A DNA stretch of 63,165 nt, filler included, from Reticulomyxa filosa (lineage: Eukaryota; Protista; Foraminifera), in the NCBI GenBank assembly GCA_000512085.1. It is 21 parts of 21 records of this genome, joined end to end, with 100 filler letters (N's around TTAATTAATTAA, not from the genome) between each part and the next. Parts side by side here need not be neighbours in the genome. Positions count along the whole stretch, not along the records: positions 51,561 to 56,688 come from ASPP01007316.1; positions 56,789 to 58,310 come from ASPP01044885.1; positions 58,411 to 61,615 come from ASPP01021885.1; positions 61,716 to 63,165 come from ASPP01008268.1; 17 more parts are not named here. One strand, written 5' to 3'. The notes below the pieces were generated by a model. It was not told the origin of the DNA and searched no databases. It saw only the letters and a list, made by a program, of their open reading frames with translations. The first letter of the stretch is position 1; the number at the start of each line of letters is the position of its first letter. The position numbers and the translations under genes are program-made. This document shows positions 52,486-63,165 of this stretch, piece by piece.

Positions 52486-53004
52486 ATAGTGGTGCCGAAC
52501 TTTTTGATGAACCATCTTTTAGCTTTTGTTTTTATTTTTTCCTTTTTTGTAAATGGTCCACACAAATCAATTAAAATACTTTTTTTTGTGTTAAATTTTG
52601 AAAAAGCTTTTGGTTTGCTGCTCAAAAAAATTTGTTTTGGCATTCCATTATTTTCTTGATTGTATTGTAATACTGATGCTTGTTGAATTGCCAGTTTTTT
52701 GTTTATTTTCAACTGCTTTTTTTTCGAAATACTATGAGGAATCGTTCGCACAAAAAATCATTTCTGGAGCAGCTATAAATTATAAGTGACTGCAAGCTGA
52801 GGTACAATCTCGATGAAGCAAGATACGTCAAAGAGAATAACATACAAAATTGTTTAATATTGAATTTGTGCACGCTTGCAAAAAAGTAGAAAGCTAAAGA
52901 ATTTTTAGTTTAAAAACAACAGTTAAAAAAGTGGTTGTTTTACAAAAAAAATCCATTCAAATTAAAACTTTTAATTCTTATTTCCTTTCATATGCGTTAT
53001 TCCA

Positions 53005-53300
53005 CTTGGCATGAGTCAGTATCAGGGTGACTGCATGCAACACAAGCACATTTGCAACACTACCAAATACGTTGAGTACTTGTTAAGAAAGGTTCACGAA
53101 TTCCTCGGACTGACCAATCGATTTTTGAGGTGGACTCATCTAGTTGATTAGGCACCTAATTGTCTTCTGATGTGCTGATGATAACTCTAGTGTATTTTGC
53201 TCAAATTTCCGTTGCTGAACAGTACTGACTGATATTACACCAAATGTATGATCACAAGTGATCAATTGTGTAATTTGATTGAACAGTGCTCATTATCCAA
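53005..53300 (+). ncRNA. Candidate structured, pseudoknotted ncRNA (RNase P/MRP-like topology)
   Basis: Intergenic island, less AT-rich than its flanks, without the long homopolymer runs of the flanks and with no ORF over 46 aa. Several helices were found by eye, with G-U pairs mostly favouring the + strand (see findings). Confidence 0.4.
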
Positions 53301-53790
53301 CTTATGTAAGTACTATTTTGAATAGCACTTAATACTACCTTATCAATGTAAATTTCTCCAATTATGTATTCACTGACAATATATTTTATTGTGTCTTATA
53401 TGTGTCAATTATTTTTTAAATAACTTTAAATTGAATTACATCACCAAAAAGTAGAACCACAAGGATAAATACTATTGTTGCAAAAAAACATCATAAGAAA
53501 TCATTAATTCTTTTCTATTTATTTTGTAAAATATGATTTTTGCTACATTAAAGCAAAAGTGTCATCAAGTCTAATTTGAAAAACTATTTGGCTACAGTTC
53601 AATGTGTTTAAAATGGAAAATTGAAATACATTCAATGATCTTCTGTCAGTATGAAACTTTTCAAAAATTTTTCATTTATCAAAATGAAGAAGCTATTTCT
53701 TATTGATTTCTTGAAGATACAACATTTACTATTTCACGTAATGGATCTTGTTGTAGAGTTATGGTGATGGAAAGGATCGCTCATGCGATC

Positions 53791-55039
53791 TCATTTCAGC
53801 CAATTTTTTTTTTGTTCTCGTACCCTCCATCTTATTCCCTCCGATAAAGCATTACGGGTAAAATTTGCAATAACGCTAATCAAGATAGGGTTATCTCCCC
53901 AAGCATAAGATGGAGGATGGATACGATTTGCTTGTGGAAAGTATCGTACGGCATACATTCCGGAATAATGCATCCCACACACTGCTAATGCAATGACCAT
54001 AGCACTTAATACATTTGGCCATAATCCTTCAATTGCAGTCAATACAAATAAACCGACCATTGAATCAATAATTGCAATGACGACGGATAAGATAATTATA
54101 CCATAATCCCATTCTTGACGTGCATCAACATACATGGCGAGCATTCCACAATAATGCATTAATGACACACCAATTCCCATCACAATTCCACTTTTTACAA
54201 TTTGTACCATTGTAGTTTTGTCGGGCATATGAAAGTTCCAAGTCAGCCAGTTGATTTTCATTGCTTGTCGAATTCTATGTTTTGTTTTACCTCTTTTGAA
54301 TTGGAATTTTTCTCCATTGCTGGGACTTTTGCGATCTTCAGATAGTGAAATAGATTTCTGTATAGGTGGAACTCTCAGGACTTGATCTTTTTGCCTTCAT
54401 TCAAACAAAGTTGTCGTTTTTAATGTCAAACTAAAAAAAAAAAGTCTTATAAGGTTACTCGTCTTCTTCTGGAACGTCTGCCACAACAACATTCTTTTCA
54501 TCATCGCTATCTACTTTAGGTTGTTCTGTAGATGAATTATAACTTCGCTCTGTTGAATTCCAGCGCGTTAAATATTTTCTTGTATCAGCAATGGATACAA
54601 TGTAGATAGCATAAAATACGACTGCAACACACACAACTGCGCTTAGTGCAACATAAAAAGGATTATATACAGTTTTTACAGGCAAAATTAGTGCTGCCAT
54701 GCCAACATAGTGCATGGACCAAATACCAGTTAAACCAATGCCTTGAATTTATTTATTATTGCTTACTTTTTGGTCGTATACACAAAGAAACAATTTTGCA
54801 AAATCTAACCAATTGAACAAAAAATACGAGTGATAAATATTGACCACGAGATTCTCCGTTTTTACTCGCATCTCGTGATTCTTGAATCAACGATAGTCCA
54901 ACCCATGCCCCTTTTAATTTGTTGTGTTAAGTTGTCGTGTTTGTACAAAAAAAAAAAGTTATTTACCTTGAAATGCATTGATATATGATAACAGGACATA
55001 GCTATAATCCCAGTGCTTCACATATTCCTTACCCGACAT
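53791..55039 (-). CDS. MHYT-domain integral membrane sensor protein
   Basis: Four exons (55039-54967, ~54911-54810, ~54742-54457, ~54395-53791). Three MHYT motifs (GIWSMHYVGMAAL, GVSLMHYCGMLAM, AVCGMHYSGM) plus the typical N-terminal V.LSY..A..GA helix. Confidence 0.9.
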
Positions 55040-55602
55040 TGTAGTAATTTGAAAACAGTTTTTTTTCGTTCTAATCGTTTAAAGTTGTGACGAACAAATC
55101 AGCTCATCTCAGATTCCCGTACGTAATATTTTTCACTAAATATTTCCAGGGCCAGATATGAAAGTCAATTCAACTAGAATAAAAAAGTAGATAAGTCATG
55201 AAGATAAAAATTCTTTTAATTGACAAGAGAAGTTTCAATAATTATGTTATTTGGAAAAGATTTTCTTTGAAACGTTTCAAAATAGAATTTTAAAAATATT
55301 GCAACAAACATCAGATATTAGTCTGCCAAAACAACAACAAAAAATTCCACACTCAGCAAAGAAAACAAACATTCATGCACATTTAATGAGACGCAATCAT
55401 GTTTGCTTTTCGTCATATCCTTTGCGAGGAGGAAGAGAAGACGAAAAAAAACCAAACAAATCAACCAAACTAAAACACGAATTGATATTCTTAGTCCAAT
55501 GAATCTCCCGTGGAACAGTTTTTTTTCTAATTGTGTCAACCAAATATAATTTATGCTGAACTAGGAGATTTTTATTGTTTTTGTTTTGGTCGTTTAGGCC
55601 TA

Positions 55603-56500
55603 TTAAAAAATCGATTTGTGGTTGTGCGTCCCTTTGATCAAAATTCTGGAAATGCCTTTGTTGAAAAGGGGATTAAGTGAAACAATGTTTATTTCATAGC
55701 TTTGGTCAGCAGTGACGATAATCTTGGCATTGCATTGAATAGAACTGTCCTTCATTTTACTGCACACATAACGGTAGTTCCACATGTGCGCAGTCTGAGG
55801 ACACACATTGAGCAAGCAATTCTTTTGGTTACCTTGACTTTCATGGTCACTTGAACAGATGGAGCCGACAACATTGTTATTATTGTTGGTATGATGGTCG
55901 CTCATATTGAAGTATTTCATATTGTTGCTGTTTGATGTTTCATAATTTTCACAGCTTTTGTTTTTGGTCCAAAGCTTTTTATTATTGAAATGATACTCAT
56001 TGTGATCAAACAATAAAACATAACAACGAAAATCATCTCTTCGATTGACCGCGCGAAATTGGATACACCCTAAAATAGCAGACACTTGTTGAGGCGATTC
56101 AAAAACAATTTTTACTTGATTATCCAATTTCTTTATCGAATTTGTTGTATTCAAAGGGCTAGTGTAATTTTTTTTTTCTGTTTTTTGTTCATCCATTCTT
56201 CCCCTGACGTTTCCAAGCCTCGGGTATTGCTTTCCATTCCTGTGCTTTCCACTACTGCGTTTTCTCCATTATCGTTATCATTTTCATTTTCATTTTCGTC
56301 ATCACCATCATCTTCATTATCCAATATCCTTCTCCCCATTTGAATGATATTGGATTGGGGTAAAAATGCAGAAAGCTGATTTGAGCCATTGGGACGACTT
56401 GTCATGTTCGTTAACGAACTGGAGGTCGAATTGAAAGAAAGAGGCGCTCCACCAATGCCATTGATCACCAACGACCCAGGGGGATGAGAAGGAGGACCTA
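55603..56500 (-). CDS. Low-complexity protein with a C-terminal FLYWCH/WRKY-fold Zn finger (frameshift in a poly-A run at ~56175)
   Basis: LLFDHNEYHFN...YRYVCSKMKDSSIQCNAKIIV...KGTHNH, a C-x9-C...H-x-H pattern. Confidence 0.6.
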
Positions 56501-59235
56501 AATACTACTTTCAAACCCAACACATCACGCGCTCACAAAACGTGTGTTTGCCCTTTCCCTCCCTGCCCCTTGCTTTTTGGTTCGAAAGAAAGGAGAAAAA
56601 AAAATTGACAAGGGGGTTCCAATAAAGTGCAAAAAAAAAAATACGGGGGGAAAAAAAATAAATCTATTTGCCAAGGGAGTGGTACCTCNNNNNNNNNNNN
56701 NNNNNNNNNNNNNNNNNNNNNNNNNNNNNNNNTTAATTAATTAANNNNNNNNNNNNNNNNNNNNNNNNNNNNNNNNNNNNNNNNNNNNATAAAAAGCTAC
56801 GAAATTCGAACAATTGGAAAAACACGTCCAACGGTGGCGCCAATCCAAATAAAAGACATAGCCCAAAGAAGATACTCAACAAAAAGAATCCATTATCACA
56901 AGCAAAACAACAAATTCGTCAAATGCTATTTAGATGATGTCACATTTCCATATTATGTCATTTTGAACGATATTTTCTCTTTGCCTTAAGTTGTTGCAGA
57001 TGAGCTTAGACAAATTTAGCTTTTTCGTGCTTTTTTTTTGTCTGTATTCATTAATCATTATTTCCTTGTTTGAGTTTTCCAATTATTTATTTTTAAGTTA
57101 AATGTAATCAAAAGTATTAACAATTTTAACTTCAACTACGACAGCTCTTGACACAAACTATTTTTTCATTGTTAAAAATAAAATATTTCCAAAAAGACGG
57201 CATATACTGCAATCAATCCAAAACTAAACAGCCAAAGAATGAAAATTTGTGTTGACTGTTTTGGGAAAGCGTAATAAAATAGTAAGTCTGAATGTGATAT
57301 AATTTTACAAAAGTGAAAACACTAGTTGCGTTTTGTTAGATTATGTGTTTCCTTGTATGAATTTGCATTTGTATTGTATATTTTTTTTTTTTAAATATTG
57401 TTGTATTTTAATTTGGAAATAGTTTTTTTTAAAACTTGAATATAGTTTGTTTTTTTTTTGAAGTTTGTAAAAAAAAGTTTTTTTGGATATCATTTCGATT
57501 GCACTTAGACAAAGAAAAAAAGCAAATTAGAGAATGGACGGATTTGGCATGTATGATGAAAATAAACTTGAGTTAATAAACAATGTTTGAGTGTTTGCTT
57601 GTTGTTTGTCAAACAAACGAACGGACAAACGTAGACAAAAAGATGACAGTCGATTTTTGGCTTTATTATCGACAAGGTTGTAAATGTCAATTGACGATTT
57701 GAAGGCTTGTATTACCAGTGAATTTAAGTTATATAAAATAAAGACAAAAGTAGAAAAATAAATAATATAAATGAAGATTTAACTCAAATTTCGAAGCAAA
57801 TAGAATATATTAAAACACAATTTGCTAGCTTGGATAATAATTTTCAAAAAGCTAAAAAAGATATTATTAATTTTTACATAAAATTAATTAGTACAATTGA
57901 GGTTCAGAAAGAAAATACATTGAAAAATTTGTATGATTATAATGAAAATAAAAAAAAATTAACCAGACGGTTGAACTAAATGTAATCGATTAAAAAAAAT
58001 ATTCAATCAAAAAAAGATTTAGTGGATCAATGCATTTATCAGCCTACTTTTACTTCACCTATGAGAAGAGCTATTTTGAAAGGAGATCTTATCGATGATC
58101 AATCCCACCAAATTGAGCAAAATAATATTAATATATTGATCAATGTCAATGAAATATATGCTAATGAAACAGAAGTTTTGATCAACGATTTTCTCAAGTC
58201 GTTGGAAACATGTCAACTTAAACCTGATAAACTCGATCATAACTATTCATTACAAATGCAAATGTATATGCATGTAACTCAATTAAATTCATTAATCATA
58301 AAAGAAGAAANNNNNNNNNNNNNNNNNNNNNNNNNNNNNNNNNNNNNNNNNNNNTTAATTAATTAANNNNNNNNNNNNNNNNNNNNNNNNNNNNNNNNNN
58401 NNNNNNNNNNTTTAAGAAAATTAGTAATTTGTGATTATATGTCCATAAAAACTACCAAAATTTTTTAGTATTAATAATGGCAACAAAAAAGTTGATATAT
58501 TGATACGATTTTCATGTCCAGTTTTTCTTTGCTTTTGTGATTTAAGCTTGTCTTGTTTGAAATAAATCTTGATTACAATTTTTTCATTAAGAAATAAAGA
58601 AAGAGAAAACTAACAATGCTTTGTTTAAATCTTTAAAAGTCCGTCATCAATTGCCATGCTGTTTAGTGAAAACTATTGGAAAAAATGTAAAACAAAGTAA
58701 AAAAAAATTTGCATGTTTTGGTTATTCACTTTTTGAGAATTAAACGTTGTTTGTTATTTTTTTATTGAAACAAATCTAATTTTTTATAGTTTTGGGGTCA
58801 AATTCAATAAATAAATTGCATTTCTTAATGCAAATCTTTTTCCTTCTTGTTTGACATGTTAATTGGTCTTTTTTTATCTTTTAGCTCCAAAAAAAAATGT
58901 AGATAGATGAAAGACTAACGAAAGTATTAATGCAATAACTTGTTTCAACCGAAGGACAGACAACTGTTTTTACTAGTCAAGCCATACGTCGGTTACTTTG
59001 GCTGACGATAGCTATTTGGTGGCTTAAATATAAAACTTTACATTACATATATATTGATTTTCTTCATGAAGAAACAACATCCAAATATAATTTTAAAAAA
59101 TATATCTATAATCATCGGACACTTTCTGAAACTGCTTTTAAAAAAGTTGGTAAATTTCATGGTCATCATACAGTCACTATTGTCAACTTTTTCTCAAAAA
59201 TCAATAAAATATTCAACTTTTTCAAACAATTAGTA

Positions 59236-59362
59236 AAAACTTAATAAAAAACCAAAATTACATTTAAACTACACTATTCGTATATTTTTTAAAAATTATG
59301 TCTATATGCTGTTTTTCATGAGAAAATCAATTATCTATATGATGTGTCGTTTTATGTGTCAG
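59236..59362 (+). repeat. Dispersed repeat, copy 4 (diverged)
   Basis: ACTTAATAAAAAAC...AAACTACAC...GTTTTTCATGAGAAA...TCTATA...TTTTATGTGTCA aligns with copies 1 and 3. Confidence 0.65.
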
Positions 59363-59991
59363 ATTAAATTAATTGTGATTATATCTCCAATTTAGCATAC
59401 ATCATCTTTAGATGCATTTGCACAATTTCTTAAGTACTTCAAAACTGCATTTGCGATACTGATGCTGCGTGTGTAATAAGAGCTAATGAAAAAGAGCAGG
59501 AAAAAATGGATTAGAGTCGATGTATATCAAATGAGGAAAGTACATAGTATCTGTCGAAAATAGTCAATATTGTGTCTCTCATGCAATTGGCTTGCGTGCA
59601 ATTTCAGTCTTGTTATACGTGCATACTTACTTATACATTATCCATCACCAGCTTGTATTACATCAACTTCAGGAACTTAATTGCCACTAATAACAAGACG
59701 CTGAATAGTTTTTTCCTCTCTTACAAGTAAACTTAGCGTTTTTTTGAAGTTTTACGATTTTCCCAAGTAAAAGGATTCGTCGTTTAAATTGGGAAAAAAG
59801 AAAGGAAAATATTTAAAAATAAATTTCACAAAAATTGAACTTCAGTTCAAATTTTTAGAAAAAACAAAGTTGTAGCAATTTTATTTCTTTGATAGTTTTT
59901 TATTTTACTGTAACTACAAAAGTTCACTCCAAACCTTACTTTAAAACTTGAGAACAAACTTTTTAAAAGCTCTTGTCGAATAAAAAGAAGC

Positions 59992-61070
59992 ATGTCTCAG
60001 GCAACAGAAAATGAAAAGAAAGTAGATACTACTTTGTCGTCTTCGAGCTCGAAAGATGAAAGCGTAGCAAAAAAGCAACGCCAGCCGTCGTTGTACGTAT
60101 GCCATGGAGGAGGCCCAATGCCGTATCTTGCTAAGCTAAGAAAGACATCATACGACGATGAAACGAATGGGTTCATATTGAAGTCGTTGGATTGGTTAGG
60201 AGGTTACATCGACAAGTATAAGCCCAAGGCGTTGCTGTTGATCTCCGCCCATTGGGAAGAGTCTCAATTGGCGTGCATCTATCAAAAAAGTCCGTCCTTA
60301 TTTTACGACTACTATGGCTTTCCAAAGGAGTCGTACAAGTTGGCATACAGCCCAAAGTGCGACCTTGCGACGACGGATGCAATGGTAAACATTTTGAACG
60401 CGGCCATAAAAGGCAAAGCAAAAGAGTTGAAATTCTTGAAATCGGAAGTGAAGTATGACAAATCACGAGGATGGGACCACGGAGTGTTTATACCTTTAAT
60501 ACTTGCCCGACCAAACGCAGATATCCCAATCCTGCAATTGTCATTGTTGACAAGTTTGAATGCAACTGATCATTTGGAACTTGGCAAAGTTAGCAATTTT
60601 TTTTTTTTTTTAAAAAAAAATACTAATAAAAAAAAAATTTACCAATAAAAAAAAAAATTTAATAATAATAACAATTTTCTATTAAAAAGATACTTTCGCC
60701 CTTACGTGATGAAGGTGTAATGATCATTGGGTCTGGTATGTCTTTCCACAATATGGGAGCGTTCATGGGAGATATGACAGAGGAAGAAGCGGGCAAAAGC
60801 AAACAGTTTGACGATTGGCTGTCAGATTCGCTGTGCAGTCAAAAACTTACTGGTAAAGAAAAATGGGACTTGTTAAGTAAATGGGACAAGGCTTCTCCTC
60901 ATGGTTCTGGTCGCTTCTCACACCCACGGGAAGAACACTTGTTGCCTTTGCACGTGTGCTTGGGATCGAGTTTTCTCCCTTCCGTTGTCGACGACAAGCA
61001 TCAGGTCAATGTCGAAGCTTGTCGTGGTGTTGCAATGGGGGTCAATTTGTCATGTTTTGCTTTTCTTTAA
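59992..61070 (+). CDS. LigB-family extradiol ring-cleavage dioxygenase (YgiD / 4,5-DOPA dioxygenase-like)
   Basis: Exons 59992-60588 and 60690-61070. Motifs: HGGGP, ISAHWE, YDYYGFP, RGWDHG, LR.EGV.IIGSG.S.HN and HPREEHLLPL. Confidence 0.93.
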
Positions 61071-61715
61071 GTCTTTTTTAATATCGTCTCTTTTTTTTTT
61101 GTTTTTCTCATTCGAATTTTCCATCAAAAAAAAAGCCTCACTATTATTGTGTGAGGTCAACCGGTTGTACCTTGTCTTTTTTTTTTTGGAAAGTTCGTAA
61201 TGGAAAAAATCTATTGCAATAGTGGAAAAAGATTTAAAATCTACTCTCTTATTTGGTGGCTTTAATGACCTTTCTTCTCTTTTAGTTTCATTTTAACTTG
61301 CTAGCGAATATCGCGCACCTTTGATTGATAGCTTTCATTAATCCTGGAAAAAAGTGTTATCAATCAAGGCTATTCTTGTTACGCAAAAGAGGTGCACTCA
61401 AGTAAACAGAACAAAATTCTGTTTGATCACGTTTTCAAATATATGTTTACCTTTCGATGAGACGTTTACATTTGTTTTGAAACTCAGTCAGTCTCTTTGT
61501 GATTCGTGGATATAATGCTGGACCAGAGAAATATTGAAATGAAAGGTTGTTTGCCTGAATAATAATTGCTGAGCTTGTATACGCATGGTAAAAAAATAAA
61601 GCTTGACTTTGTATGNNNNNNNNNNNNNNNNNNNNNNNNNNNNNNNNNNNNNNNNNNNNTTAATTAATTAANNNNNNNNNNNNNNNNNNNNNNNNNNNNN
61701 NNNNNNNNNNNNNNN

Positions 61716-61754
<39 letters not shown>

Positions 61755-61789
61755 ATTTATTGCAAATGTGAACAAACTCTTTTTTAGTG

Positions 61790-63110
61790 CTTATGGCAAG
61801 TGGAAGGCATTGAAAAAAAAAAAGAAATGTTAGTCGAAATATTGGACTATACTTCCAAATTTGCTTGGTATTCAGAAGCGATATTGCAACAGTGTATGGT
61901 GACGATAAGTAAAAATCTGTTCCGCAGTGTATCTTGCTGCAGCAGAAACCAGGAGGGAAGCGAGGAAGAGTCATTTGAAGATCCTGCTTGGCCACACTTG
62001 CAGCTGATTTATGATTTGTTACTGCGGCTAATTATTTGCACCGATATCGACAAAAAAGTTTGCTTATTTTTTTTTTTTTTTGGAAAAAAAAAGGGGGGGG
62101 GGTACAATAATTGGAGAAAAAAAAACAAAACAAAAAATATATATATATCTATATGTACATGTATACATAAAATTTCGAAATTTATATGGCAATACATATA
62201 CATACATATACATACATGTACATATATGTACATATATTTATATCAATGTATTCAAAAAATGTGTATAAAACATTGATAACCGAAATCTAATGTGATGAAT
62301 TATTTTCCACCAAAGATAATTCGGAAATGTTTGGAAAAGAGATTTGTCGGCAACTTGATTGGATTGTTTGTCTCTGAGGACATAAGAGAGCGCGAATACC
62401 TGAAGGCGATCTTGCACCGCGTGTATGGACAGTTTATGTCGATGAGGATATTTATCCGTACTTCAATCGCGAACGCATGTTTCCAAACTATATACGACCC
62501 CAATCGGACCGAAAATGGCATCGCAGAGTTTTTGGAGATCTTTTGCAGCATCATCAACGGCTTCAGTGTACCTGTAAAAGAGGAACATAAAGAATTTTTG
62601 CAAAACGTTTTGATGCCCTTGCACAAGTGCTCGCGTCTGGAAAAATTCTACGACCAATTGGTTGCATGTTGTGTTCAATTTGTTTCCAAAGACCCTACCA
62701 TTTCTTTTATTATCTTAAAAGGGTTACTTCGAGTTGAGTTTTTCCTCCTCCTTGCACTTTTTTTTTTTTTGTGCAAACACAAATAAAACTTTTTTTTTAA
62801 AAAAAAAAAAAAAAAAAGTTTTGGCCCATTCAATCGCCACTGAAAGAAGAAATGTTTATTGCAGAAGTAGTAAATGTGATCAATGCAATGGTAACTGATA
62901 AAAAGGAGGAGTTCACTATCCATGCACGCCATCCTGTATTTTTTGCGGTTATCACGCAGTTGATACGGTGCATGAAGTCGTATCACCATTCGGTGGCAGA
63001 AAGTGCCACTTCCGTTTGGAGCGAAGAAATCATGGAAACATTGGTCGATATGTACAAAGAACGTGCGTGGCCTAAAATTATTGCTGTTTTTATCAAAGTT
63101 ATTACGTGTC
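61790..63110 (+). CDS. PPP2R5: PP2A regulatory subunit B' (B56), partial
   Basis: NLFR, EDPAWPHLQLIYD, SED.REREYLK.ILHR.YG.F, NGIAE.LEI..SIINGF..PVKEEH, LMPLHK and LLR/FWP. Introns ~62058-62315 and 62733-62818. Confidence 0.95.
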
Positions 63111-63165
63111 ATTTACTTTTTAATTTTTTACGCACGAAATTAATCATAATAATAATAAGAGGGGG

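Noticed and set aside
44490-56180. Single frameshifts in otherwise intact genes (~44500, ~46545, ~56175) as programmed frameshifting
   Set aside because: They mostly fall in or near A/T runs in a homopolymer-error-prone assembly. Sequencing error or recent decay is more parsimonious, and no stimulatory structure was seen.
57500-58310. Short ORFs and degenerate coding-like text (also 37903-38400 and 59400-59700)
   Set aside because: No recognisable motif; cannot be assigned without a search.
5872-61715. Regularly recurring TTAATTAATTAA flanked by Ns, resembling a repeat array or CRISPR
   Set aside because: Artificial contig linker. ORFs ending in X...LIN are artefacts, and gene neighbourhoods across linkers are meaningless.

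Overview
This window is not one locus. It is 21 short, unlinked contigs joined by 20 artificial 100-bp spacers (N44-TTAATTAATTAA-N44), so gene order across spacers means nothing. The DNA is AT-rich, intron-containing and eukaryotic, uses the standard code, and has many homopolymer-linked frameshifts. The expanded Kelch, WD40 and TRAF/RING families and the pseudogene load suggest a foraminiferan such as Reticulomyxa filosa (inference, not tested). Recognisable genes: a PH+RCC1 protein, Kelch proteins, a divergent eEF2 paralog, a GT18/MGAT5-like glycosyltransferase, a REJ/PKD-like protein, a RING E3, CDC50, a Qa syntaxin, a MIOX pseudogene, a PB1 protein, a WD40 cluster, a divergent profilin, mitochondrial Hsp70, a TRAF-type RING protein, an MHYT sensor, a FLYWCH/WRKY-fold zinc-finger protein, a LigB/DODA dioxygenase and PP2A B56. 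There is also a nest of degraded LINEs. Best leads: (1) an apparently intact eEF2 paralog lacking both the diphthamide His and the switch-II catalytic His; (2) introns with a U-rich 5' half and an A-rich 3' half instead of a polypyrimidine tract; (3) a ~300-nt intergenic candidate pseudoknotted ncRNA with RNase P/MRP-like topology; (4) a stand-alone, intron-containing MHYT sensor; (5) a ~130-170 bp dispersed repeat found on four contigs. All family calls come from motif recognition by eye; no searches were run.
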